The notes under the pieces are model-generated. The model was not told where the DNA came from. It did no database searches and worked only from the letters and a program-made list of their open reading frames with translations. DNA of 62,005 nt, counting the filler, from Choristocarpus tenellus KU-1152 (Eukaryota; Protista; Phaeophyceae): assembly GCA_964200185.2 (NCBI GenBank). It is 10 parts of 10 records of this genome, joined end to end, with 100 filler letters (N's around TTAATTAATTAA, not from the genome) between each part and the next. Parts side by side here need not be neighbours in the genome. Positions count along the whole stretch, not along the records: positions 39,253 to 43,520 come from CAXNAD020015387.1; positions 43,621 to 55,753 come from CAXNAD020001962.1; 8 more parts are not named here. The stretch is one strand, 5' to 3'. A program made the position numbers and the translations under genes. Below are positions 40,162-53,327 of this stretch, one piece after another; the first letter of the stretch is position 1, and every line of letters begins with the position of its first letter.

Positions 40162-41618
40162 TAAATACTTCCTCCATCCAGAGGCAGTTCATATAGTTCG
40201 ATTTGAGGAAAAATACTGAATCAAGATGGGGCATTTCTTGTGGTTTCACCGTGGGCAGCATAGAATAGGCAAACCCTTAATTACTACCCTTTGCCATCTC
40301 TCTGATAAAGAAATAGTATACACTTACAAGAGTTGCTGTAAATATATTTGATGTTGTATCACCACCCAACAGTGCTAATCAATAAAAAACCACGCAAAAG
40401 AAGCCATACACAGAGCCAATATGGCGTTCATCTCTATCCGCACAAGTTCAAATTTTAAAGCTCTCAAGTGTTCCAGGGATACCTTTTGTGGCAAAAAATG
40501 CATGGCTCAATGATTTCCCCGAGAAATTAGAGGTCAACACCAACCAAAAGTAAGGGGGGCAGGTGGGGGTCAGCAGGTTGGTATGATATATACCACTGAT
40601 TATATACCACTGATTGTATGAGCTAAGCCTATCATACTGTAAGCTGAACACGCGATTGGAATTCATTGCATTATCAATATTAACATATGATAATGTTTTA
40701 GTACTGTCAACAGAATCACATCTCTACTGACACCCCTGCCGGCAGCAACCCCCCCCCCCCCCCCCCCCAAACAACGGGAACTCCAAAAAAACAAGCAAAA
40801 AAAAAAAAAAAAAAAACGAAAAAAAAANNNNNNNNNATCTCTACTGACACCCCTGCCGGCAGCAACCCCCCCCCTCTCCCCCCAAAATTATGGTAAGTGC
40901 AAAAAAGCAGGCAAAAAGTAAACAGCAACTACAGCAACATATCGGTCTCCACCAGCTAAAAAACGTTCCCGCTCAAAATGTAATTAACCCCTCCGGTATA
41001 TTCAAGTACCCATGAAAACAGACGGAAAGCTTTATATGGCAATGGCAGTGACTGCAAAGGGCAAGAAGGACGAAGCTCAGGCCACACCACCACACCATCC
41101 TATATCATAAAACATCACTCCACATCATGGTGACCAGCAGAACAACTTGGAAAGACCATAAAGAGGTTAGAAGGCGTGCGTATATGCGCAGCGTTCTGGA
41201 GAGTTCATGGGTGTTCAGAAGCAGTGTGATAAGCCCCCGCAGGAAAAGGTACAGGGACTCACTACTACAGTACATACTCTTACGGAATTTTTTTTTATTA
41301 CCTCACACACTGTACAACCCTACCCTAAGAAGGTCAGTTCAATTAGTGAAAAATATTTCAGCCAATATTCATCACTTGAGAAGACCCCATTGCACCAAAA
41401 ACGCTCAAAATCACAGCATGGTAGTTTTATTCAACATGAAGGGCGGCGTTTTACTCAATGCTTCGAAGATACATGTTGTCAATAAGAGATGAACAAACAA
41501 AATAAACCGCTTCAAGGGCAACAGCAGGGATCTTCTTGTGGCTTGGGGACAAAGGAGGGACGCTCTCAAAACAATATATTAGAAAGCAACAGGACTTAAG
41601 GGGGACGAATACTGTCAC

Positions 41619-42404
41619 CTGAACGGGTGCGGGAACTTGGACAGGCTATCCTCCGTCTCACTCAGCAGCAGGTTCACCTACAAAAAAAGGAGTGGTACAA
41701 CTACTATTTTTAAAATGTTTTGTTGGTCAGAAACTGTGACACCAAGGTTGAGGGGGTGTAATGAAATAAGAAAAGAATGCAGGATAGATGAATGCGCTCT
41801 CTTGGCTCAGCATAACAAACCAGCTGCATACATTGGATCAGCAGTTTTAAATTCTTCAACCACTTTCCATTTTCATAGTTCACGTTCTGGTATGGTGCAC
41901 AAACTGCTTTTCAAGTGCACCGTAGAAGGGCTAGAGGTACTTCTTTCCTGGGCTAAAAACAAGACTATAAAACCACGTAACCACTTCAGCTACCTGCACA
42001 CATCAAAGAGCTTAAAAAAGGTATCGCACGACAAGTAGTTTATATATCAACCCAGTCATTGAATTTCCTTGCAAAAAAAATGGGGGCAAAGATCCCTGGC
42101 TGTGGGACTAAGGGTCTCAAATATCTACCAGCACTCTAAGGTGTGTGTGAAACTTCCCTTGACACAAACTCTCTTCTTGTCTAAGAATGTGCATCCTTTC
42201 ATGGCACTGACTCTTCACTGTTGTGTGTCCCTCTAAACCTTCCCTCATGACCACAACCTCCCTCTTCTCCATCTCCTCATCACTCCCTCCTCCCCAGCAG
42301 CTCACCGTGGTGGGACCTCCCTCAGCACAGCTTGACTCTCCAACCTTCCACGCAACGGTGCGTGCTACCCCATGGCTTGGCATAGATGGGTTGGGCTGCC
42401 CAAA
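41619..42404 (-). CDS. glucose-6-phosphate 1-epimerase / aldose 1-epimerase (galactose mutarotase-like) family, two internal exons
   Basis: Minus-strand exons 42404-42306 and 41677-41619 splice to FGQPNPSMPSHGVARTVAWKVGESSCAEGGPTT|VNLLLSETEDSLSKFPHPFR, matching (PQ)FG....P.HG.AR...W and L......S...(W/F)PHPF.L of this family. Other exons not found in the contig. Confidence 0.85.
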
Positions 42405-43520
42405 CTGCCACACTCGTAACAGCAAGTGTTGGGGGCACGATTCTTGGGTCAAGGGAGAGGTACGCATACCAAGGTTGAGGTAAAGGAGTTAAGACATCTT
42501 ATTGGTTCAAAAGCTGTGTACAGGCTCTTCCATTGATATAAAGTGCAAATTGGTCCTCTTCTTTCGGAACACTGCCCCTAACCCTCAAATGCAAATCTCA
42601 GAAGGAGTTGAAAAGATAAAAAAAAAATGGTGGCACAGCAACTGCAGTGCAAGGACAAAAGAGACAAGAAGGCTGGAAATGCAACCGGTAAGAGATCTAT
42701 CTTCTCCTTGTATGTAGCAGGCATATGTGTGAAAGAGGGGGTGGCGAAGGAAGTAGGACGAAAACATAGAATGGACAGAGATGAGTGCAAAACAGAATGG
42801 AGTCACAACTTCCTCTTCGTGATCCTGCCATTCAGAGGTGACAGTTTTGTCAAGTTGTGAGTATTGTGATAACCTAAAGCACAATAAATTGCAACTTGGG
42901 GCTGGTTCAGTAGCGCTTCAGTGTTAGGGATATTGTCTTAAGGGGTAGATTTTTCTCCAACACCTCTAGAGGTTGATTTCACACCTTCTCAGGGCAAGCA
43001 CAATGACTGTCTTCATACTGCAACACTCAACATACCCACACTCAGGTATACCTCAGTTGAGTTTGGTCAATGGAGACAATGAATAAGTCTTCTGCAGGGA
43101 AGGATAACTGTGATTGTGTTTCAATTTTCCAGTGCTTCACTCAGATTGATCATAGGAAGCTCTAGGATGCCAACCACAGATTGCGTTTTTTGTGTTGTGC
43201 CTTGTGGGTGTCACATCAAAAATATATCTACAATATGCTAGAATACTATGGGTTGCCCATCCTCCCCAAATAAAACAAATGCGAGTTGCAATTATGCTTT
43301 TTCTGCAAGGGGGATTTAACAGTGGTGGTGAGTCGATTGCCATCTCTTCGAATATAGGAAACAAGCAGGCAATCCAGCATACCACACCTATACAGGTCTT
43401 GCCAAAGGGGGTGGGAATCATTAATGGAATTACATTCTGCAGTGCAGAGGAAATATTTTCCTTCACTTAGAAAAGTTAGTTTTACTTTCTTCCCTGCTTC
43501 AAGAATGGGCAGACTTTGGA

Positions 43521-43620
43521 NNNNNNNNNNNNNNNNNNNNNNNNNNNNNNNNNNNNNNNNNNNNTTAATTAATTAANNNNNNNNNNNNNNNNNNNNNNNN
43601 NNNNNNNNNNNNNNNNNNNN
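43521..43620. other. artificial contig linker
   Basis: N44-TTAATTAATTAA-N44. Confidence 0.99.
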
Positions 43621-43730
43621 CTACTCGGAAAGATTTTTGGGTAGTTAAAATGTCATTAAAAACGCGTGGGAACCCAAGCCCCAAATGGACAAACAGGGCA
43701 AAGTTCGTACCCTCTCAGATACTTTGGCTC
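43621..43730 (+). mobile_element. MITE family B, right half
   Basis: ...CCCAAATGGACAAACAGGGCAAAGTTCGTACCCTCTCAGATACTTTGGCTC matches the right end of 37458-37697. Other partial family B ends lie at 33717-33746 and 58581-58717. Confidence 0.85.
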
Positions 43731-45126
43731 ACTCCTTTTCACCAACCTCTGCCTCATCCTTGACTACTCGTCCACCACTATAGAGATAGTACGAGTCACA
43801 AGCATTGTGATTACGCCAGAGAAAAATGCCACGTCCGAGCACGACCTTGACAAGTTCAAGTCCGAAACGAGCGCCGCCCACGAGAGAGCAGTTGCCCTTC
43901 TCCAGACCCGACTAGGAGGCATCGTAATCACATGCACCACCCTCAGGGACAACCACAATTCGGATCGTATCCAACTCCTCATCAACAAAGTCACCTTCCA
44001 CAATTTTTCGCTGGTGAAGACACCAATAGCTGGTGGCGTATCCTCGCCTATACCTTGTGGAGGACCCGACCCACTAGGTGATGAAGAGGAACAGGAGACG
44101 CAATCGCCTAACCCTAAAGTAGGTGTGGGAAACGAGACACTCCATGGGGGAAGGCATCCAACCACACCCTCGGAACACGACTCTGAAGGCAATGGGGACA
44201 GGCCTGATTGTAGCGCTTTGTCATGTCCAGAGGAAGATGTCCAGGAGGAGGCTGGGGGGCGGCTAGGCACAAACTCAGAGTCCATGCCTGTCAGGAGTGA
44301 CCCCGGAATGTCCCCAAATGTCCATGTGGTGGGCAGCAGCGTCGACGAGTCCATCGATCATCACCCAACAGGTAGAGGGAACAGGAATGACGATACTGCG
44401 GAGCAAAGGGTTGATTTGACATCATCAGGTTCCTCACATAGGGACAAGCCTTCCGCAAAAGGTAAAGGGAAGGCCAAAACGACGGTCATTAGGAAGAAGA
44501 GGTTGGGAGAAGATGCTGGACGGATCAGACCATTCAAACAGCCTTCGGGAAATGACAGACGCGATTTAGAACCTAGCCTTTTTGCGGACGTCTTTGCTTC
44601 TCCCAGTAAGGGCGGAGGCGCGGAAAATGCAGCGCCATCTACTGCGAGGTATGAGGATGACGATGAAACGTCCACGCATGGTGATGACGACATCATGACA
44701 CAGGACACGGTCGACTCCGGCAATGCATCAGTCCTGGGGATCACCGAAGCCTTCATGGAGGAGTGCGTTACCAAGCTCCTACGATCAGCAACAAAACCCA
44801 CTTCGTCGCAGTACCGAGTTCAAACCCAAATCCTTACCCAGGTCATATGCGACTATGGGTTCAGGCTCATCAAGGCCGGCAGAGTGGCCAAAAATATTGT
44901 ATTCGGGGATGGCTGCTACGTCCATGAGCCCACACAGCTAAATCTCAGCGGTCATGGAGGGAAGCCCAGCAGCGCGTTGTGTCCCGAGCACGTGGAAGCA
45001 CTCCATGAAAGGAAGGCCATTTTTATGAGCCTCGTGAAGCCCGAGCTGTGGAATGACAGGTACTCCATGCGGCTAAATCTCTGGCACCTTCTAACCGAGG
45101 CATACCCGAAGCTTGTAGAGTGGTGA
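43731..45126 (+). CDS. orphan intronless ORF (~460 codons), function unknown, 5' end abutting a MITE
   Basis: Longest ORF in the window (track 43666-45126, 486 aa, of which the first ~22 codons lie in the MITE). GC/CpG-rich, with globular-looking N- and C-terminal parts around an acidic disordered linker. No motif recognised. Confidence 0.6.
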
Positions 45127-46347
45127 GAGAAGGGTGAGGAACGCTATTTCGACTCCGCCCACCAATTGAAATAGGGCTTCAGTAGCTTCATTTTTAGTTG
45201 AAGTACGAATCGAGTTATTTGTGTCTGATTCGTGCATCAGTGTACCTTGCCTTGGTCTCCGACTACCATGTTCATGCAGTTTCTATCCGATGGGATATGC
45301 ATTTACACAGTGGTATCCGATACATTGCTACCCGTCAGAGGTGTAAGTGCATCATATATGATACTCATCTTGAGGATTAGATCTGTGTTCTTATTTATTT
45401 AACGGGGCATGTCCAATTCAAGGTTCAGACTACAAAAATATAAAATATTTTTTAAACAACACTTCTCCATCTTTTCCACTAAGTTTCCAATCGATTTGCC
45501 AAGACCTGCGATGGATATGTTGTCTTCTTACCAACCGCCAATTATTCCCTGAACCCTACTACCTAGCTCCCCCCTGCTTCTCAATACTCTATGCACCATC
45601 TCATGCTTTGTCCAAGTGTTGACAAACGAGGGTTGATCTCGTTCTCTTTCAAATCTTGGAGGAACATATCCCGAAGTCCATGCCCGATGCAATTAAGCAC
45701 AACACCAACCCTGTGCCTACCCCAAACACGTGCCATGAACTCGACAAATGGCCTGGGTCGCCACCCCTACACACTGACACTAACCATAACCTTACACTAA
45801 CACTTACACTGAGCACGTCTGCATCCCCAACAGCCAGTGATATATCTCTCATTCCTCATCCTAACTATACGACCAAGATACACCAACCAATAATCCTGTT
45901 TGAACGCGTTCGAAATCCGACACATGCAAACTTCGAAATTCCTAACCAAGCCCAAATAAATGGTGGCATATATTCCCATTCTTTGTGTGTACGCAAGGAC
46001 AGAAGGGAACCTAACTAACAGACTTCTTTTTTTTGCCCACATTTCAAATCCGACACGTGCAACCAAATCACACCAAAAAGTGAAAATCGAAAAAAGGGTC
46101 AAAAACGAACGCCGGCACCCCCTCCCCAGATACTTTGACCCTCTTGAAATGCAAAATGGGCCAAACTTGCCTACATGTCTCAATTTCCTCAGCTCAAAAT
46201 GACACAACAATGTCCCTACAATGAACTTGTGAATTGGGGGTAAGAGACATTAGTGGTAAGGGGTGGGTTGGGGGGATTAATTTATTTATGGGTAGAGGTA
46301 TATTACTTCGAAAGAGCTGGGTTAGCCCTGCCCCTTGAGATGATAAA

Positions 46348-46605
46348 GAGTCAAAGTATCTTAGAGGGTAGAGCCGCGTCCATTTGGGGGTGAAAATACA
46401 ATGTTGCGATTTGATGTAATTTTGGCCATCGTGTTTGTTAGGAAGTATCAATACCTATGTGTCAGAAACACTTTTTCATAATGTATACATTTTACCTACT
46501 CCGAAACATTTTGGAGTAGGAAAATGTCATAAAAGAAGCCTTGGGAAGCTAAGTCCCAAATGGACGAACAAGGCAAAAATGGTACCCTCTAAGATACTTT
46601 CACTC
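46348..46605 (+). mobile_element. MITE family B copy
   Basis: Near-perfect TIRs GAGTCAAAGTATCTTAGAGGGTA / TACCCTCTAAGATACTTTCACTC. Flanked by AAA/AAA. Confidence 0.9.
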
Positions 46606-48235
46606 AAAAGGTTGACATTGGGACATGGGATGTGAAATCATGACGAGTGTTGAAGCACAGGATTAACAGATCTACTCCATTTTTTTTTACATGCTTGGTT
46701 GGTCTCTCTATTCATTCAGAAAAAGAAACAAGTCCAAACATAAGAACAAAAATGGTAAGAAAAGAGCTATGTTGTATAGCAAAAAACACCATGATCCACG
46801 ACACACACATATCATGATGACACACAACAAACACTAAAGAACTAATGCCAAGGGGGTCTCTCCCTAGGAATCCCTGCGAGTCATGCCATTCCTTTTGAAT
46901 CCTGTTGCACGTGTTCTTATTTTGTACTACTACCAGCTAGTAATGTCCGAGAAAATTCCTTTCCGTCTCGTACGGGGTGATGGTGCCTAGTTAAGCGGTT
47001 TCCACGTTGTTATCAGTTTGTGTAACAGGACAAGTCATTAGCGTATGTATTGATAGCTGTACTTTAACTGGCGCGAGCAGCAAGTATGCGCACGGACATA
47101 CCAAAATAGGAATGTCCAAAGCCGTCTTGGTGATACAATGAAATTATGGACGTTTAAGAATAATAGGAAATATTCACTTGATATATAAGACAAACAAAGG
47201 TTTACATACATTACACTAAACACTCCTTAACGAATTGCAATAAAGACGTTTGGGGTCCGCCATAGATACCCTTAGTTTCAATTTAACAGTCAAATATCAA
47301 GCTTGAATGGCCTCTTCGCTTTATCATAATGACCCCATAAACATCACTTGCGTTGGTTATCATGATATTGACACGTCGCAGGGGGGGCCTGCGAGGCTCA
47401 TCATCAGCTCGCGGGCTTGTGAATTGGAGCTACATATCCCATCAAGGTATGCTGCTGGTAGCGTTTTGTATCATCTTCTCGTCTTCTGTCAACGCTGTTT
47501 GAAGCAGAAGATCATTAGAGCGAAACTGTCGGCCAAGAAATGGTGGAGTGGACAGAACGTCCTCTATCGCTTGACCAATATCCCCCCCTCACTCTCAACG
47601 ATCAAGTGCAAATTCCGTATTCAATGGTTTGTTTCACATCCAACAACTTGGTAAGTACATATGTATGTATTGTGGAAACTGTTACTTCTTTAGGGATTTT
47701 TCAGACATGTGAATAGTTCTCATTAGTTTTTCCTGCGGCACATCGGCAAAATGTTAGAGGGCATAATAGGGAAAGTTTAGGAAGTAATCTGAGTTTTGTG
47801 GGCAGAAGAATTCTGGTTGGAGGGGGTCACAAGGGAGTGAGAGGACAGGGAGAAAAATAAGAATTAGCAAGAGGGTGAACGAAGAGTTAAATAAACTAGT
47901 GGTAGATTGAGGCAAAAGGGAAGAAGGAACGGCCAGTAGTGAAAAGAAGACCTAGGGCTGGTTGTACAGGACGAGGAGGGCTAGAACAAGACAACCTCCT
48001 AGCAAGCTTTTCTGCCCACCAACCCTGTCGCTTGCTCACGACCGATGGGGGTGCTGGGAAAAAAGGAAGGGATAGATGTCTTCTAGCTCAAAGGTACGGC
48101 ATGAAGTGAATGATGAAGGGGTGTTCTTGGATGATTGTAGAGTGGTGTTGAGCGGTATGGGGTGAGTGGAGAGTGATAACTGCCGTGGGGTTGAGTGAAG
48201 TGGTAACTGCTGTGGGGTCGAAGGGTGGGGGGGGT

Positions 48236-48612
48236 GACTGGAAATCAGGGGCGAAGGGGTTGCACTGGTTGGTCATCAAATGTGGATGATGACTGGAAAT
48301 CATTGGCGAAGGGGGTTTGCACTGGTTGGTCATCAAATGTGGATGATGACTGGAAATCATTGGCGATGGGGGTTCGCACTGGTTGGTCATCAGAGGTGGG
48401 GGGTGATTGGAAATCAGAGACGATGGGGGTTCGCACTGGTTGGTCATCAGATATAGGGGGTGACTGGAAACTAGTGGTGAAGGGGGTTTTCCGTGGTTGG
48501 TCATCAGAGGTGGGCGTTGGCTGGAAATCAGTGATGAAAGGGGTTCGCATTGGTTGGCCATCGCAAAGGGGGGGGAGGATGGGAAATCAGTGGTGAAGAG
48601 GTCGCACTGCAT
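48236..48612. repeat. 57-bp minisatellite, about 6.5 diverged copies
   Basis: Unit like GACTGGAAATCATTGGCGA(A/T)GGGGGTT(T/C)GCACTGGTTGGTCATCA(A/G)A(T/G)GTGG..., head-to-tail with no spacers. Gives 19-aa repeats in several frames. Confidence 0.92.
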
Positions 48613-49650
48613 GGTGTAGCATGACTCAGGAAGAAGGGCACTTTTTGCGACAATTTTTTTAGCGCGCGCCACTCTCGCGTGAATATCTCTGGGATTTTGT
48701 GCCAAATCGCACGAATACGGGAATTCCGGTACAAACTCCTATTTGGGGGGGCATGTCGAGAAAAAGCGGTACAGAATTGAATATTTAGAATTTTGTTCAT
48801 AATATTTGGCCCAAAATAGGGTAACCCACTGTATATTATATTATACTTCTTCCCAAAAGTTAGGTTGTATTCTTTATATAATCTTTCCTCTCTCTTGTGT
48901 TTTTGTTCTTTTGTTTCCTTCCTTCCTGCAAACTAAATTTTGACTCCATCTAGGATAAGTTTTTCTCCTTTTTCCCATATATATATTTCCTTTTTTAAAA
49001 TATATATATTTTTATTATTATGCCCTCTGACATTTTTGTAGATGCGTGAGGGGGAAAACCAATTAAACCACTAAGAAAAAGTAGCAATTGTTGTAAAATG
49101 TGAAAGACATTTTTCTTATCTATTTTCTATTTTACTACAACATATTCTACATTGCCGTCTTCCTTTACCTTCAACCTAGTGTAGTCCCACACCCCAGAAT
49201 GAGGACCTAGAGAACCATCGCAAAAATCTGACAAAACAGAGTGAGGTTTATCAATACATATCAAACCAATTCTCAATTTTTTGTGCCATAAATTTCCACC
49301 ATAAAATACCAAAATATTGGAAGAAAGGAAGAGATTAACTCTCTATTGATGTCCAACAAAAAAATGGATGTTCCTATTTTTTTTCTTTCCTAGTCTCTTG
49401 TAACGGCAAGGTTCTAAAGTATAAGGATGTGAGAAGATTGATCATTGTAAGAGAATCGGTCTCAGAAATTGAAGGTACATTAGTTGTGTTGAAAGTTAGT
49501 AGTTGCTTTGGATAAGAGTAGAAGGTGTGTGTGCAACCTTGCTGTTGGCAACAGTTCTACCATCTACAGGGAGAGGGTGGAACATCTCTCTGGGAGGGTC
49601 TTTCTCTAGTGAGCTGTTTCCATACTCTAACCCTGTGGTCTTCCTTCACC

Positions 49651-51817
49651 ATGACACTACTTGATAAGTTGAGGAAGAGACGCATAGATAGCAGTACCGA
49701 TGCCATGCTGAGCGTACAAAGTGTGGATGTGGAGACAGCAGAGACGGGGGACAGCAATGGTTCGGTGGTTGACAGGGAGGTAGAAGGTATGACTGTGTCC
49801 CCATATCTCAACAATTGTGACCATGGAGGCGATGTATCCGTAAGAGGGGTGCTGTTGATTCGCAGGGTCATCTTCTGTGACTGCTTTCTGAATTTCATAT
49901 GTGGGATCGTGTATTTGGAAAAAAAAAGATTTCCTTGATCTACACTCTCAGACTCATGAAGGGGTTGACCTGCGTTTGGGTCATGTAAATATGGGATCTT
50001 ATGCAAGACATTTATTAGCCCGCATGTGATCAAAATGGTCCAAATCCACCCCCCTCTAAAATACTTTGATTCACAGATGTATCTCAGGTGTTGTAGAGCG
50101 TAGGGAAGATGAGCGTGGTAGAAACCTGTTTCCAAAGCTTACTCGCAACATATTTTTGCTCTAGTGCAATGCAAAAATGAGAGGCAAGTCGTGGCAATTT
50201 CCCTCTAACATATCTCCACCGTTCACAACCCAATTGGTGGACGACTGCAGGTCACGCTAGGCTGGGGGTTTCACCGACTCTTCTCCTGCTTAGTCGGGGG
50301 TCTCGCGGGTATAGTAAGGGACTGGAGACGAATCCTGTACTGGTGATGTCAATTTCATCAGGACTTATCGCAATTCTCGCTGACGTCTTGGCTCAGGGCC
50401 TGGAGCACGTATTAGGGCGACAAGCGGATGGCATTTGGGGAAATAAAGAGGTAAGATTCAGATGTTTTCGCTGACGCTGGATAAAAAAAATGTTGTTTGA
50501 ATGATGCTCGACACAAAAACGTTAAATGGGCTCCTTTGGAGCAAATTTCTGGGTTTGTGGTATAGTCGTACGACAATCTACATTTGGAGTCGTAAAACAG
50601 TGCCAGGAGAACTAAGGCTCTTGCAGTCCTGTCTTTTGGGGTATCAGGGTCAGAGCACAGTCAAACATATTACTTTAGAGGGCGACCTGGTGAGGGTTAT
50701 TGGATGGGGTTTGCCTTGTTTACTTATAGACTCTTTTGCCTATTCCTCAGTGCTTGCTGTTGGAGACTTTGATTGTGTGATTTACCAAATGACATCGGTC
50801 AGCGTAATCACAAAACTAGTCAAGGACCCAAGACAACATATGGTTAAGAAATGCCTCACCCTTGCTTTGCAGACACGCCTTCGAGGACTAATATAGATGT
50901 CATAGTGTCTTCAATTATTTCTTCGGGTGATGAGATGTGGTTACTCAACTGCCAAGTGTTATTGGCGACAGCTTGTTGTCTCACTGTTTAATTAATATCA
51001 GGAAATTTGTGTGTGTTTGAATTAGTCCAGCTGAATGAGATTTGGTTGGGAGTCTAGCAGACGTGCACTTTGACCCTAACCCTAACCCTAACCCTAACCC
51101 CCAATATAGGTCCATCTTGTTGATGAATGGGATCTTGCCAGATGCATACATCTAGTCCATCAGCTACATAGATTTTTATTGATTTCCACACCAGGCCCCT
51201 CGCTTCACTCTCTTCTGTACCAGAAGTATATCACTCTTTAAATCTAATGAGCCCAGCAATTGGCTCCCTTTGCATCCCTCATGGTAGGGAGGGAGACTGT
51301 TGTTGTTTGCTAGGTTTATCCCCTCCACACAAGCCTCGCTCGCTGCACCCCAGCACCCACCCACTCCCACCATATTTTTTCCTGCAATCTGAATGTTTGT
51401 CCAACCCAGCTGTTGCTCCGGACAGGAGCAGTGATGATAAATGGTATCTTTATCAACGGACCAATCCATCGCCACGCCAGCACCTGGCTGGACATGTGCA
51501 TCCCTGGCCACGAGTGGTTGCATGCCTTGGCGGAGGCTGTGGTAGTGGACCCCCTGGTGGCGTTGGCCTTTTTCATATCTACAGGCTTGCTTGAGCGGCG
51601 ATCATGGCAAGGTGATATCCTCCCAGCTGTGGAGGATGTTTATCCTCTCGTGGCGATAGCAGCAGTTGCGGTAGGGACCATTTGGACCCCACTTCAGGCG
51701 CTCATTCTGAGCAGTAACACCACCAATAGCGCTTCTTCCTGGCATGTTGCTGCATTTGAGGCAGATCTCGTGGTCTTTGTTTGGACTTTGGCTGTTACCT
51801 TCTTCACACACAGCTAG
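49651..51817 (+). CDS. Mpv17/PMP22-family membrane protein, 3 exons (5' end uncertain)
   Basis: Exons 49651-49786, 50251-50450 and 51410-51817 splice in phase: ...YSKGLETNPVLVMSISSGLIAILADVLAQGLE...|LLLRTGAVMINGIFINGPIHRHASTWLDMCIPG...VVVDPLVALAFFISTGLLERRSW...IWTPLQAL. This follows the Mpv17/PMP22 pattern (L...P.L...SG......D..AQ..E; R....G....GP; P....F....GLLE; W.P.Q). A possible upstream acceptor near 49570 means the start could lie further 5'. Confidence 0.85.
51074..51100. repeat. interstitial telomere-like (CCCTAA)4
   Basis: CCCTAACCCTAACCCTAACCCTAACCC in Mpv17 intron 2. Two-copy runs also at ~23843 and ~54791. Confidence 0.8.
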
Positions 51818-53327
51818 GTTGCTTTCAGTTTTTCTCCCTTGGGCATGTGTGTGTGTCTGTGTGTCTGTGTGTCCAGTCTACCATGCCGTTCTGTTTCAGA
51901 CTCTCCGTCATGTGATATCCAAACCAGACTTACAGCCGTGCTTTTTTTGTCTTTCGGTGTCAGTACAGTAGGGGTAAGGGGAGTGACGTTTTAAAACTCG
52001 TTTAATGTTGCGGAGAGAAAGCTATTTATTTTTTTCCTTGGTAGTGTAGTGTAGTGTTGTTTTTTTCTAGTGTCGTTGTGCTGTTGTGAAGTTTACTTAC
52101 TTTGTTTCCGGCCTAGTTTATTATCTATGACCAGAAGGTATATAGAAAAGTAGGAGTACCATATTTTGCTCATCAAATCCTCCATCCCACCCCTACTCCC
52201 ACCCCATTGCCCTTCCCCAAGACCTCTTTAGTTCATTTCCTTAACTTGTGCATGTATGTCTTGTTATTGTGACGGCATTCCTCTGCTGGCCCCTTATGAT
52301 AGGCATGGTCCTGGAAGCGAATGCAACCACTCTTTGTATCCTCGTTAGAAATGGAAAATCCCCTCTGAGTACACTTATATTGGACATGAAAAAAGAAATG
52401 ACTTGGTGTAGCAACTCCAAGATTCTTGCGGTTTTTATTCTGAGTGAAGTAACGTTTTTGTTTGTTTGTTGATGATGGCGAAGAAACAATCGTTCTAAGG
52501 TTGCAAAGGAAATAATTTAACTTGTTAACAAGTGAGATACTGGAGTAGTCTAGTCTTTTTGTGATTGGGATGGACAGATGCGTTCAGGTACATAGGGGTT
52601 GCAACAGGTGTGAAAGGAAGAATGGGTATGCACCAGAAGGTCCCTTCCTGGAGGTGCAAGGGAATCACAGGATAAACCTGACCATTGATAGGAGGGATAC
52701 CCTCCCGACCAGTGTGCTGCTCCTATTGTATGATTGTCGTCAAATGTGTTGTTGTGAGTAAGTAGTTGTACCTTGCTGTTTTTTGTTTTGTAATTGCTCT
52801 GGAGCACTACATAGCACAACCTTGTCGAAGTGTTGTGATGACAGCTACGGGTGGTTGGGTGTCGTCGTTACTTTAATTTAAAGCTTGCATCCTGCAGTGA
52901 TGTAATCATTGTGGGTGCCTTTTGATCATGATGTGGGACTTGCAGTTATTTATTTCTCTTTGGAGGTTGTGGATATCTACACCCTGACTGGCAGTGTGTA
53001 CTTTAATGCTTCAATGTAGTAAATAGTCACAGGTATGCACTTTGATTTGTATGTAGTACAAGACCACTACATACTGTGAAGTTGAAATCAAATTAGTGGA
53101 AATAATTCAGAAAAGAAATCGACAGTCTTCAGTTACAGGAATGGATCTTCACTCACCTTTTTGTGGCATTTATGTGCTAGAGACAGAGGGAAAGGGCTGG
53201 TAGTTGGAGTGAGGGGCTTGTGGACCGAGGCTGGACTGGACTCATCTTTATGCTCTTGATTGTACCACAAGCTTGTCATATTATATGTTACATCACATAC
53301 ATGGGTCACAGGAGGTGATTGTAATGA

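Noticed and set aside
43764-44801. Two long antisense ORFs (196 and 146 aa)
   Set aside because: Ser-rich shadows of the plus-strand orphan ORF with no independent evidence.
48236-48612. CRISPR-like array
   Set aside because: Units are head-to-tail and homologous along their whole length, with no unique spacers and no cas genes; the context is eukaryotic.
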